Shown here: piece by piece, positions 41,760 to 53,832 of the stretch
Position numbering within the stretch: position 1 is the stretch's first letter
How the letters are laid out: each line of letters starts with the position of its first letter
Origin: an uncultured Gemmatimonadales bacterium
GTDB lineage: Bacteria; Gemmatimonadota; Gemmatimonadetes; Longimicrobiales; Gaopeijiaceae
DNA length: 64,000 nt
Direction: 5' to 3'
Assembly (NCBI GenBank): GCA_963823035.1
Contig: CAWGKG010000017.1
Span: 64,001 to 128,000 of the forward strand
Notes under the pieces: generated by a model
The model's database searches: none
Seen by the model: the letters and a program-made list of their open reading frames with translations, nothing else
Told to the model about the DNA's origin: nothing
Position numbers and translations under genes: made by a program

Positions 41760-42610
41760 TGAGCGACTGCGATTGCGGCGAAGGCGGCGGGTCGGCGCGC
41801 CAGCGGAGGAGGGCGCGCCTCTCTGGACGGTCACCTTCGGGGACATGATGAGCCTGCTCCTCACCTTCTTCATCCTCCTCTTCTCGATGTCGGAGCTGAA
41901 GGTCGAGAAGTTCATGCTCGCGCGTCATCGCTGCGCGAAGCGGTCGGCGGCGCGGCCACGGAGCCCTCGGAGGACCCGCCTCCGCCACCACGGTGGCCGA
42001 GCCGGCCGGAGGCATCCGACGGGGGCGGCGGCGGGCGGCTCCGAGATCGACGAGATCGTCGACGCCTACATGACGATGATCACCGAACGGCTCTCCGAGT
42101 TCGTCGAGGGGCGCGGCCTCGAGGAGTCCATCACCATCGAGCGCGACGGCCAGGGCGTGTACCTGCGCATGGAGACCGGCGCGCTCTTCGCATCCGGCTC
42201 GGCCACGTTGCAGCCCGAAGGGCGCGCGGCGCTGGTCGAGCTGGCGGAGGTCACCTCGGGCATCAGCGTGCGCGTGCTCGTGTCCGGGCACACCGACAAC
42301 GAGCCCGTGGTCGGCGGCCCCTTCCCGTCGAACTGGGAGCTTTCCGCCGCGCGTGCGGCGGGCGTGGCGCGCACGCTGGTCGAGCACGGACAGGATCCCG
42401 TGCGCGTGCGTGCCGAGTCTTACGGCGAGTACCGCCCGATCGCGGACAACGACACCCCCGAGGGGCGCGCGAAGAACCGGCGCGTCGAGCTCATGTACGC
42501 GCGCTCGGACATCATCGCCGCGGTCCGCTCCTGGGCGCCGGTCGACCCCGTGGGGGTGGACGCCGCGGCCGGCGTCGCCGAGCCGGCGACACCCCGCGAC
42601 CATCCGCTGA
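41759..42610 (+). CDS. motB: MotB/PomB-type stator subunit with OmpA-like domain (frameshifted)
   Basis: WTVTFGDMMSLLLTFFILLFSMS, GHTDN, SNWELSAARA, YGEYRP, NRRVE. Confidence 0.88.
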
Positions 42611-42617
42611 CGCCCTC

Positions 42618-44370
42618 CTACCTAGCCGGGGGCTCGTCGAGCGCGGCGCCTTCTCGCACTCCGGCCAACGCCCGCCGCCACCGTAGCGGCCCCCGTACGG
42701 GTTCGGCTGCGAGGTCAGGTCGACCCGGTCGAGCGGGATGCGCTCGGGGTCCTCCGAGGCGAGGTAGACGAGCATCGCCGTGAGCGTCGCGTTGTAGCGC
42801 AGGTCGTCGAACACGATCTTGTCGTATGTGTCGCTCTCGGTGTGCCAGGTCACGTTGCCGTAGTCCCACGAGAGCGCGCCGAGGCCGAACGCCGGGAGGC
42901 CACGGCAGCCGAAGGGGAAGTCGTCGCTCCCGCCCCCTGCCGGACGCCCGGACACGACCGGCGCGCCGTCGTTGATCAGCTGCCGCCACTCCATGGGGAT
43001 TCTCGCGAGCCACGCGTTCAGGTGCTCCGGCGCGTGCACCAGCCCCGCGCCGCCGATACGGATCACCCGCCCCGTACCGTTGTCCTGGTTGAAGAGCGCC
43101 TGCAGCCCGCTCAGCACCTCCGGGTGGTCCTCGGTGAACGCCTTCGACCCGACCTCGCCCTCCTCCTCGCCGCTCCAGTGGCCGACCAGGATCGTGCGCT
43201 TCGGGTGCGGATAGACCTGCTTCAGGATGCGCATCGCCTCGAGCATCGTGAGCGTGCCGGTGCCGTTGTCCGTTGCGCCCGACGAGCCGTCCCACGAGTC
43301 GAAGTGCGCGGACAGCATCCACGTACTCGTCGGGCTTCTCCGTCCCGGGGATCGTCGCCAGCACGTTGTAGACGGGCTGCTCTCCCAGGAGCTTCCCCTC
43401 GAGGTCGAGCCGGAGCTTCGGCGGGTCTCCCTTCTCGGTCAGCCGGTACACCAGGCCGTAGTCCTCGCAGTCGAGCGCGATCGCCGGCGTCTTCGTGTTG
43501 TACGTCTCGAACACCTCCATCGCGCCCCAGCCGGTGTTGAGCGCGCCGGCAAAGCCAGCGAAGCCGCCACCCCGGCCCGCGGATCGAGCTCGGCCGCGAC
43601 GACCTGCTCCGGCGTGCGTCCGCCGTCCAGGCGCCAGGAGAGCTTCGGACGCGAGCTGATGATGCCGGCCGCGCCCCCCTCCTCCAGCCGGACGCCCAGG
43701 TCGCCCCCGCCGAGCGCCGGGTAGTAGCCCGTGCCGCGCAGGCCGGCGCTCGCGCCGTCCACGCCCTGTCCGGGCCGCACCGGCGCCCAGGCGCGCTGCG
43801 TCGCCACCATGAGCGTGTCCATGCGCGCCTTCGACTCGGCCGTCGCGTTCATGGCCCAGTCGTCCTGGGGGCGGCAGGTGGGGAGCGCGGCGGAGATCAT
43901 CACGAGCTTCCCCTTCGCCTTCGGCAGCCACTCCACGAACTCCGTGCTGTCGCGGAACGTCGGCAGGACGATCGTCTCCAGCTCGACGTCCTTCCCGCCC
44001 GTGCCGGGGCTGTAGCCGACCATCTGCCCCTGGAGCGTGCGCCTGCGTGGCGCGACCAGGTCGATATGCGAGTGGCCGCGCTCCCATCCCCGCCAGGTGC
44101 CGTACTGCTCCTTCTTCGCGTCGATCCCCCACGAGCCGTAGAGGTCGACGAGCCAGTCCTGCGCGCGCTTCAGGTCGGGGCTACCCATCAGGCGCGGCCC
44201 GAGCGAGTCGAAGAGCTCGTGCGCCTCGACCTCGAGGCGCGAGCTGTCCATGCCGACCGTGTAGATCCTGCCGAGCACGGGGTCGGGCGTGGGGAACGTC
44301 TGCGCGCCGAGCGGCGCCACGAGCGCGGCGAGCAGCGCCGCCGTCGCGAAGGGGAGGGTCTCGCGTTCAT
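42618..44370 (-). CDS. M28-family peptidase (carboxypeptidase Q-like; frameshifted)
   Basis: GPRLMGS, SAHFDSWD, GATDNGTG, WSGEEEG, GSDD, WHT..DTYD. Confidence 0.88.
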
Positions 44371-44408
44371 CGACTCTTCGGTTCCGGGTGGTCTGTACGT
44401 CGCCGTGC

Positions 44409-47400
44409 CTAGCGGATGCCCGCCGCGGTATGGGGCTCCGGCTCCCGCCACAGCAGGGCCGGCAACGGTCGCGCGCGCGGGTAGATCTCGTCGAGGGTGG
44501 CGCCCTCGTAGAGCCGGCCGTTCTTCATGACGTATCGGATGGTGTTCGTGTTGTGGATGTCGTCGAGCGGGTTGGCGTCGAGCACCACCAGGTCGGCGAG
44601 CTTGCCCGCCTCGAGCGACCCGAGGTCCTGCTCCATGCCGATGGCCCACGCACCCGACATCGTCGCCGCGCGCAGCACCTGCATCGGCGTCATCCCGCCG
44701 GTGGCCATCATCCACATCTCCCAGTGCATGCCGAGCCCCTGGAGCTGCCCGTGGCTGCCGACGCCGACGCGTCCGCCCGCGTCCACCACGTCCTTGGCGA
44801 ACTTCGCGTGCATCGGGAAGACGTACTCGTCGTCCATGAACCACCCGCCGGGCCCGGGCGAGCCGCCACTCCCCGTGCCGCGCCGCCGGGTCTTCGCGTC
44901 GAGCTCCTGGTGCGGGGTGAAGCGCGCCAGCTTCGCGTCGTCGTGCACCCCGCCCTTGGTGTAGAAGTAGTTCTCGCCGAAGGGCCCGCCGTACGAGACG
45001 ATGAGCGTGGGGGAGTTCACGGTCTGCGACTGCGCCAGCAGCCGCACGGCGTCTCCGTACATCGGCTCGATCGGGATGGCGTGCTCCACGCCCGCGTAGC
45101 CGTCCATGATGTGGGTCAGGTCGAGCTTGAAGTCGAGCCCGCCCTCCGTGGTGGGCGAGAGCCCGAGCTCGTGGGCGGCCATGATGACCCACTGCCGCTG
45201 CTCGCGGTTGCCGGTCATGTACATCTTCAGCGTCTTCGTGTCGTAGTACTTCGCGTAGCGCTCCAGGACGTGGCGCGCGTCGTCCAGGCTCGAGATCATC
45301 TCGCTGGAGAAGACGCCCGGGCCGGTCGAGTAGATGCGCGGCCCGACCATCTCGCCGTTCGCGACCTTGTCCTCGTAGGTGAGCACGTCGGTCGTGGCCG
45401 TCTGCGGATCGCGCGTGGTCGTCGTGCCGTAGGCGAGCTCGGCCAGGTACTGCCACGCCTGCGAGCTGTGGATGTCGGGGATCAGCCACTGCGGGTGGTA
45501 GTGCGTGTCGACGAAGCCCGGCACGATCGTCTTGCCGGAGACGTCGATCACGCGCGCGTCCGCGGGGACGTCCACCGATCCGCGGGCGCCCACCCCGACG
45601 ATGCGGTCGTTGCGGACCACGATGTCGCCGTTCTCGATGACCTCGTCGCCGTTCATCGTCACGATGCGCGCGCCGCGCAGCACCGCCACGCCGGTCGGGA
45701 TGTCCCGCCGCACGGAGATGTCGATCTCGTGGGCGATCGCCTCGTACCGGGGCGGCTTCGCGCCCGCGCTGTCCGCCTGCGCGCCGGCCGGGCGCGCGGC
45801 CGAAGCGGCCTGCACGCTGTCGTCGAACGCCTGGGCGCGATCGAGGTCGTACGCGAAGTGCGTGTTTCCGATCGACCAGTGGGCCGTGCGCCCGTCCGCG
45901 CTCCACGCCGGGAACTCGCCGCCGACCACCGAGAGCTGCCGGGCCGGGAACGCCGCGTTCGCCGGGTTGGCCACCGAGATCGTGAGCGTGTCGCCGCCGA
46001 ACATCGGCACCGTGACCGCGTACAGCTCGTGCTCCATCAGCACGAGCGCCTGGTCGCCCGTCGGGGCCATCAGAACCTGGTCGGCCCGCATCGGCTGCCG
46101 GCCGCCCGGCTGGGTCTTGCCGGTGACCTTCACGATCGCCCGCTCGTCCGTGCCGTCCCAGCGGAACGAGACCAGCCCGTCCTGCGGCGAGTACGCGTAG
46201 ATCCGATCCGGGTCGCTGGTGAAGTGCGGGTGCTCGCGCCCACCGGCGGGCGCGATCGTGTGCACCTCGCCTCCCGCCGCCGGCATCCACACGAACTGGG
46301 CGCCGAGCCCGCCGCCGAACCCGCCCAGCGCCTCGTGCAGCTCACGCGCGGCCACGCGCACGGCGACGACGCGGGTGCCGTCGGGCGACCACGTGGGCTC
46401 GCGGTACAGCGCGCCCTCGGGCGTGAGTCGCTGGGGCGTGCCGCCCCCGTCGGCGGCCACCTTCCAGACGTAGCCGGCGTCCTGGTCCTCCCACGACACG
46501 TACGCGAGCTGCCGGCCGTCCGGCGACCACGCCGGCTGGGCCTCGACGACGCCGCGTCTCCGTGCCGGTGAGGCGGCGCGGGGTGCCGTCCGGGTAGTCC
46601 ATCACGTACAGCTTGTCCATCGACGTGAAGGCGAGCCGGCGCCCGTCGGGCGACGGCACCGCGTCACGGATCTGATGCGCCGTGAACGTCGGCGAGGTGT
46701 CGACGCGGTACTCGAAGCGCGAGAGCGGCCCGAGCTCGACCGACACGTCGGCCGTGAAGGGGATCTCCGTCGGCGCGCTGCCGTCCACGGGGACCCTCCA
46801 GATCTTGCCGCCGTACGAGGCGACCACGCTTGCGCCGTCCGGCGTGAAGCTCATCCCGGGAAGCACGTCGAGCGGCGCCACCGACTCCTGGTCGTCGCGC
46901 TGCACCGGGTAGGCCAGCCAGCGCTCCTCGCCGGTGTCCTGGTTGCGGAGCATGAGCCCGGTCTTCGTGTCGAGGCGCGTGCCGTACACCATCCACTTCC
47001 CGTCGGGCGACAGCGTGGGACGGAAGGCCGAGCCGACCCGGTCGGTCATCGTCGTGCGCTTCCCGTTCGTCCGGTCGTAGACCGCGATCTGGTACTGCGG
47101 GAAGATCGCGTTGTACTCCCAGTCGCCCTGGCGCTGCGCGAACCAGATGTAGCGCGGGTCCGGGCCGAAGGCCGCGCCGAGCGTCTTGAGGTTCTCCGGC
47201 TGCTTGATGAGCTGCGCGCCGCCGCCGCCGTCGCGGTGGAAGAGCCAGAGCTGCGCGATCCGCGTCCCCTTGGAGGCCACGACGTACTCGCCGTCGGGCG
47301 TCCACTCCGGGGAGGCGTACTCGAAGTCCTTCCCCTTCGTGACCTGCGTGGTGTCCGTCCCGTCGAGCGACATGATCCAGAGGTTGTTGCCGCCGTCGCG

Positions 47401-47747
47401 GTCGGAGACGAACACCACCGACCTGCCGTCCGGGCTGAAGCGCGGCTGGGCGTCGTAGGCCATGCCGCTCGTGAGGCGCGTGGCGCGCCCGCCCGCCATG
47501 GGCAGCGTGTACAGGTCGCCGAGGAGGTCGAAGACCAGGGTGCTTCCGTCCGGCGACACGTCCACGGACATCCAGGTGCCCTCGTGGGTGGTGAACGCGA
47601 CCGTGCGCGCCGGCGCCAGGGGCAGCCCCTTCTTCCCGGCGGAGTCGGCCGCGGCCGGCCCGCCGCCCTGCCGGGCCGCCGCGGACGCGGAGACGAGCGG
47701 AGGACGAGGACGAGGAGCAGGAGGGTCGAACGACGGATCGCGCGCAT
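44409..47747 (-). CDS. PD40 beta-propeller + amidohydrolase protein (frameshifted)
   Basis: EGTWMSVDVSPDG, repeated SPDG, PGFVDTHYH, GSHGQ, GSLEAGKLADLV. Confidence 0.88.
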
Positions 47748-47951
47748 GCATGTCTCCCGGGTGGTTGGAACCGACCGGACGTCTGCACGCGTGCGCGGCG
47801 CCCGGCCTGGGCAGGTGCCGGGTGAAGCGGCCAAGATCGAAGGGAAGGCGCCGACGGGCAACTCGGACCGTCGGGGCCGGGCCGGAATCGGGCCGGGATC
47901 GCGCTCCGCGAGGGGTCGGCCGCCCGGCCTCGGGGCGGGACGACTATCGCC

Positions 47952-49087
47952 CTACTCGTCCAGAGCCTCTCTGACCCGGACCCGTCCGGCTCCAGCCGGA
48001 CGATGTGTCCGTCCGCCGTCCGGATCCGCAGCACCTCGCCTCCTTCCTCGACGAGGGCCGTGAGCCCGAAGCGCGTACGGGGCGGGTCCCATGGGGTCAG
48101 CCTCACCGTGCTCACGCCCACCCGGGGCGAGCGGATCCACCACCGCCGCACCACCCACGGGCCACCGTCCAGGTGGTGGAAGTCCACGCGACCTCCGGCG
48201 CCCTCCGTGTCCACGTTCCACGGGAGCGCCGGAATAGCGGAACTCGAGGCGTCGAGGCCCGAGCGCCCGCCTGTCGATCCAGAGCGTCCCTTCCACGTCC
48301 ATCCCCCCGCCGAAGCGGGGCCGGAAGGTGAGGCCCACCCAATCGGGCTCGGGGCCCTCCGCGGCATATCCGAGGCAGTGGCTGCTCGCGAAGGTCGGGG
48401 AGACGAGCGTACGCGCGTCCGGCGCGAAGAACTCCCAGCCCTCCTGGTCGCCCCCCTGGATGAACCCGAACTGGGCGAGCTCCTCGGCCGGGGGACTCCG
48501 GAGCGGGCTGCCCGCGACGAACGCGGTCGCCGGTCGGACCCGCTCGTCGAGCGTGTGGAGATCCTCCGGGTCCAGGGTGCGCGTCCAGGTGCGTCGCTCC
48601 TCGCCGTGCATCCCGCGATCTTCGGCCAGCATCATGGCCTCCAACGCCTTTCCGACCTCGATCCACAACGCGGCCACGCGCTCGGCGCCGTCCCCCGGCA
48701 ACCTGCAACGCCGGTTCGGGGTCATCGTCCGGGCGGCAGGTCCAGGGAGAGCGTGCTCGCGACCAGGTCCACGAGGACCGGCCGGGCATCCACGCTCGCC
48801 GTCCCCTCGGCGTCGCCGTATCCAGGCGCCTCCCCGAGAACGGCGTAGTCGCCCGCAGACGGGGCGGTGAGCGTGAACGCCCCCGCACCGTCCGTCAGGG
48901 TCGCGTCCACCACGACGCCGTCGGCGTCGCGGAGCGCCACGCGGGCGCCCGCCAGGCCCACCCCCTCCGGTCGTGCGCGCAGACGTCCCTGCACGGCCTG
49001 GCCGCTCAGGGCACCCGGTGCGCCGGCATGCGCGATCGCGATCGCGATCGCCACCAGGAACCGTGCGGCCTCCCTCGTCCTCGTCAA
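47952..49087 (-). CDS. Carboxypeptidase-regulatory-like domain protein (frameshifted)
   Basis: GARVALRD...LTDGAGAF...APGY; FFAPDA..L.S..F..SHC; VEGTLWIDR. Confidence 0.65.
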
Positions 49088-49221
49088 AACGCGCCTCGTG
49101 CGGGGGGTGGAGCGTCGGGCCCGCGGCCCTTTCGGAATCTAGCGCCCTCGAAAGCCCCACGGAGAGATCCCGTATGGAGGTGCGCGAGGTCCGGAGGGAC
49201 ACGAGGCGAGGAGGGGCGGGC

Positions 49222-49664
49222 ATGGCGCGTGGACGACATCTCTGGATCACGGTGTGCCTTGTCGGCGCGTCGGCGGGCCTCGCCAACGGAGGGGCGGCCA
49301 GGCAGATCCCCATCCCGCCGGACACGGTGACCCCGCGGCGCTCCCGGCGGATGCCGGCCCGGACGACGTGCGTCGGGCGCACGACGCCTATCACGACGCC
49401 CGCCCGGACGAGGACACGACCGCTGAGGCGATCACGCTGGCGTTCCAGTGGATGTCCTCGGGGCGGGTGGCCGCCGGGCTCGCGCTGCACGAAGCCAACG
49501 CCCGGGCGTTCCCCGAGAGCGCCGTAGCGCAGTTCAACCTCGGCGAGGCCTACCGCTACACGGGCCAGACCGGGAAAGCCGCGACCCAGTACCGTCGGGT
49601 GCTCGAGCTCGACCCGGACCACCCCCAGGCCGCAGCTCGCCTCGAGCTGGTGGGCGGCGGATAG
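49222..49664 (+). CDS. Small exported TPR protein (frameshifted)
   Basis: Signal-like N-terminus; FPESAVAQFNLGEAY...YRRVLELDP. Confidence 0.72.
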
Positions 49665-49690
49665 CCCGGAGGGGCGGCAGGGCGTGACCC

Positions 49691-52600
49691 CTATCGTCCC
49701 ATCAGCTCCTTCACGGCCGCCTCGATCTGCTGGTCGCGGCCGGCCGTCATGACCGCCGGGTCCATCCGCACCCGGATGTCCGGCTCGAGCTGCGTGCCCT
49801 CGCCGAACCGCCCGTCCGGCATGCGCCACCCGCCCATCGGGATGCCGAAGACGAGCGTCGGGATCGATCTGCGACTCCCACCACACGAAGGTCCCCGTGC
49901 CCGGCACGGGCATCCCGAGCGTCTTGCCGATGTCCTTCAGCTTGTACGCGAGCGGGAAGAGGTGGGCGTCCGAGTAGTCGCTCTCGTTGATGATCACGAT
50001 CGACGGCTTCGTCCACTTGTCGAGCGGCTCCACCCCGATGTGCTGCCCGTGCGGCACGATGTCGAAGTAGACCTTCCCGCTCAGGAAGTCCGAGAGCTGC
50101 TCGTGGATGTTGCCGCCGCCGTTGAAGCGCGTGTCGACGATGAGCGCCTTCTTCCCCCACCCCATGCCCATCGCCTCGTCGAAGACCGTGCGCATGCTGG
50201 CGTCGTTCATCGAGCGCACGTGCACGTACGCGATCGTCCCGCCGGAGAGCGAGTCCACCTCGGCGCGCCGCTGCCGCACCCAGCGCTGGTAGAGGAGCTG
50301 GTTCTCGGCTCCCCCGGAGATCGGCTTCACCGACTCGTCCCAGCGCTCGTTCGTGCGCGGGTCGAGCACGGAGAGCAGGGTCAGCTTCCCGACCTTGCGG
50401 TTGAGCAGCGCGTAGAAGTCGAGTCCGCGGCGTGAGCGGCTGGCCGTCGATCCGCTCGATGACGTCTCCGGCCGGATCCTCGACGCGGCCTTGTCGACCG
50501 GCCCGCCCTCGACGACCTCGGCGACCTTCACGCCGTTGCCGGTCCAGGAGAAGTCGTAGAGCAGGCCGAGCGCCGCCGTCTCGTCCGTGTTCGGGCGCGA
50601 CGCGTTGAAGCGCCCGCCCGTGTGCGACGCGTTCACCTCGCCGAGCATCTCGCTGAGCAGCTCGGCGAAGTCGTAGTTGTTGTCGATGTACGGGAGGAAG
50701 CGCTGGTACTCGTCGTAGTAGTACGGCCAGTCCGCGCTCGTGATCTCGGGGAGGTAGAACTTCTCCTTGAACTGCCGCCAGGCGTGGTCGAAGATGTACG
50801 CCCGCTCGTCCGCCCGCTTCAGGAGCATCTCGCCGCGCGTCGCGATCGGCGTGACCTTGCCGTCGTCCGTGCCGACCTTCATCGGCTTCCCGTCGGCGAG
50901 CAGGAAGATGAACTTGCCGTCCGGGCGACATCTCCATGCGTGCGTTGTCCGCGCCCAGCTTCGCGAACTGCTTCGTCTCCCGCGTGCGCGGCTCGGTCAC
51001 CCACAGGTCGTTGCCCTCGTCGAACACCGTGAGGTAGAAGAGCTTCTCGCCGTCCTTCGACAGCAGCCAGTCGTTCGTGGGCGAGGTGTGCACCGTCAGG
51101 CGCGCCTTCCGCTCGGTGAGCCCGTCCCAGTCGATGGCGATGTCCTTCTTCGCCGAGTCGGCGGCCGCCTTCGTCGAGTCCTTCTCCTCCTTCTCCTTCG
51201 CGAGCGCCAGCTCCTCCTTGGTGAGGTGGAAGCGGTCCCACGCCGCCTGCGAGAAGAACATCGCGTACACGTCCCCGCTCACGAGGCTGCCGCCCTGCTG
51301 GCGCGTGCCCTCGCGGTCCGAGCCCCAGATCATCGCCTTCCCGTCCAGCGCCCACTTCGGCTGGAAGTCGTCGTAGCCGCTGCGCGTCAGGTCGTGCAGC
51401 TCGCCGTCGCCGGCGGCCGAGATCAGGCCCACCTGGGGCGTGAAGATCCGGTCGTGGTAGCCGTACTGGACCAGGAACCACTTCCCGTCCGGCGACCACG
51501 TGTAGTACTGGTCGCCGTCCGCGTAGGAGTAGTTGTGGTCGCCGGTGAGGATCGTGCGCGACCGCCCGCTCGCGAGGTTCACGACCTTGAGCACCACGCG
51601 GTTCTCGAGGTACGCCACCTCCTTGCCGTCGGGCGAGAAGGCGGGCTGGTACTCCTCGGCCGTCCGTGGCCACCACCGGCTTCTCCGTCGAGCACGGTGG
51701 AGGCGAAGAAGTACGGCTCCTCCTGCCGCGAGATCGTGGTGGTGTAGACGTTCCAGCTCCCGTCGCGCTCGGCGGCGTAGACGAGCGAGCGGCCGTCCGG
51801 GCTGAAGCCGACGCTCCGCTCCTGCCAGGGCGTGTTCGTGATCCGCTTGGTGATGCCGCCCTCCATGGCGGTCACGAAGATCTCGCCCGCGGAACACGTA
51901 GGCGAACTCCTTCCCGTTCGGGGACAGCGTGGCCTCGGTGAAGTGCTCGTTCACCGGCACGATCTCGTCGATCGCGCTCCGTCCGTCGGCGGCGATGCGG
52001 ATCGCCACCTTCGCCGGCTCCGCGCCGGGCGCCATCGTGTAGATCTCGCCGCGGAAACCGAAGCAGAGCGTGCCGGTGCCCGCGCGGGTGAGGAAGCGCA
52101 CCGGGTTCCGGTCGAAGTGCGTGACCGCCGTGCTGGTGGCGGGGTCGGACAGCGAGCTCCGGTACACGTTGAACGACCCGCTCTGCTCGCTCAGGTAGTA
52201 GAAGTGGTCGCCGTCCGCGTCGAAGACCGGGTTGCGGTCCTCGCCGGCGAACTGCGAGAGCTGGCGGTACGTCTTCGCCGCGAGGTCGTAGACCCAGACG
52301 TCGCGGGTGACCGCCGACGTGTGGTGCTTCCGCCATTGATCCTCGTAGCCCTTCACGTCCTCGTAGACCAGCTTGCCGCCCGACGCGTCGAGCGTGGCGT
52401 TGACGGCCGGAACCGGCAGCACCATCCCCACGCGCCCACCCGTCACCGGCACGGACCAGAGCTGCGTCATCAGGCCCATGGGGAACTGGGCGTTGGTAGC
52501 CAGCTCCTGGCGGTAGGCCGAGAAGAGCACCGCCTGGTCGTCCGCCGTGAAGGTGCTCGGGATCTCCCCGGTCGAGTGGAAGGTGAGGCGCGTGGCCTCG

Positions 52601-52924
52601 CCGCCCGTGGCCGGCATGACGAACACGTCGAAGTTGCCGTAGCGGTCGGAGGCGAACGCGATGGAGCGACCGTCGTGGCTCCACACCGGCGCGAACTCGT
52701 GGGACTCGCCCAGCGTCAGGGGCCTGGCGTCGCCTCCGGACGCGGGGACCGTGTAGATGTCGCCCTTGAACGCGAAGGCGATCGTGTGGCCGTCCGGGGA
52801 GATCGCGGGGTAGCGCAGCCAGAGGGGGGCATCCTGCGCGTGCGCAGCGGCCGGCACCGTGGTGAGCAAGGCTACCGCGAGCGCGACGAGCCAGACGGGA
52901 ACGGGCGTGAGCGAAGATTGCCAT
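49691..52924 (-). CDS. Tricorn-like S41 protease (frameshifted)
   Basis: WLRYPAISPDG, PD40 repeats, EMLGEVNASH, PDZ, DTRFNGGG, SDYSDA, DQQIEAAVKEL. Confidence 0.9.
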
Positions 52925-52973
52925 GTCGGGGACTCCCAGGGGAAGGACCCCCACCCGACGTGCACCGCCCCGG

Positions 52974-53056
52974 GGTGCCGACGGACGAGTGGTCCGGGAT
53001 GCACCTCCCGCCGAGGAGAGTACCACCTCGTGCCGTCCCGTGTCGACACGTGGGGC
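52974..53056. repeat. 83-bp imperfect palindromic element, copy 1
   Basis: 75/83 identical to 53449-53531 by manual alignment; internal inverted arms. Confidence 0.9.
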
Positions 53057-53100
53057 ACCCCGGGCAACCCAGCGGGCCGCGGTGCGACTCTACGATATCG

Positions 53101-53435
53101 ATGGAGTCACTCATCGAGAGGTCCGCCGGAGCTTTGGATCGCCGAAGGATCGGCGCGCGTCACCCCGTGGCACGAGCGCCAATCGCTGCGCTGCGGCGGC
53201 GCGCCTGGCGATTGTCGCCTGCGGCGCGGTGCCGTGGCTCGCCCTCGCCGCCTGCGGCGACGATCCCTACCACCTCGACTGGACGCAGGGCCTCGACACG
53301 GTCGACCTGTACTCCGTGAGCCACCCCCGCCCGGGCCTCTACGACGCCTTCGACTTCGTGCACGACGCACCCCTCGTCCTCGAGTCGATCGGGGCGACCG
53401 GCAACTGGGACGTGGCGGTGGGAGGCGACGAGAAC
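53101..53435 (+). pseudogene. 3'-truncated lipoprotein gene fragment
   Basis: LAAC lipobox then GDDPYHLDW...DTVDLYSV...DAFDFV...GNWDVAV; runs into repeat copy 2. Confidence 0.6.
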
Positions 53436-53448
53436 GTCACCGCCCTGC

Positions 53449-53531
53449 GGTGCCGACGGACGAGCGGTCCTGGATGCGCCTCCCGCGGAGGAGAGTACCA
53501 CCCCGCGCCGTCCCTTGTCGACACGGGGGGC
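53449..53531. repeat. 83-bp imperfect palindromic element, copy 2
   Basis: Direct repeat of 52974-53056. Confidence 0.9.
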
Positions 53532-53592
53532 GAGCGGGCAACCGGCGCGCCGCGGCGTGTGCGCTTCAGCCGCTCCCCCTCACGCCGTTCGC

Positions 53593-53805
53593 TCAGCCGC
53601 GACGGGAGGCCCGACGCGCCATCCACAGGAACGCGAGGCCGAACACCAGGAGGACCAGGCCCCACCAGAGGTTGACGTTGATCCCGAAGCTGCGGGCGTA
53701 GATCTCGCGGTTCGCGAAGACGCCGTAGCCGGTCACCATTACGCCCAGGACGGTGAACATGAGACCGATGGGGGTGCGGATGTCGAGGCGCTTCGGATTG
53801 TCCAT
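53593..53805 (-). CDS. Small 2-TM protein downstream of the SSS transporter
   Basis: 70 aa, LDIRTPIGLMF...GINVNLWWG; AAGGAG RBS. Confidence 0.8.
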   Translation of the reverse strand: MDNPKRLDIRTPIGLMFTVLGVMVTGYGVFANREIYARSFGINVNLWWGLVLLVFGLAFLWMARRASRRG

Positions 53806-53832
53806 GCGGAGCTCCTTTCGAGCGCGACGCGG

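Noticed and set aside
40981..42610. Zorya (ZorAB) defence system
   Set aside because: MotA has no long ZorA tail, the motifs are flagellar-stator type, and there is no zorC/D/E nearby.
40615..42783. Apparent 722-aa MotA-MotB fusion ORF
   Set aside because: A TGATG stop/start sits at 41757-41761 with a plausible MotB start (MSDCDCGEGG). Compensating indels explain the read-through.
52974..53531. Canonical integron attC sites
   Set aside because: The ends read GAC...GTC rather than the conserved AAC...GTT core, and there is no intI in the window. Kept only as an unclassified palindromic repeat.
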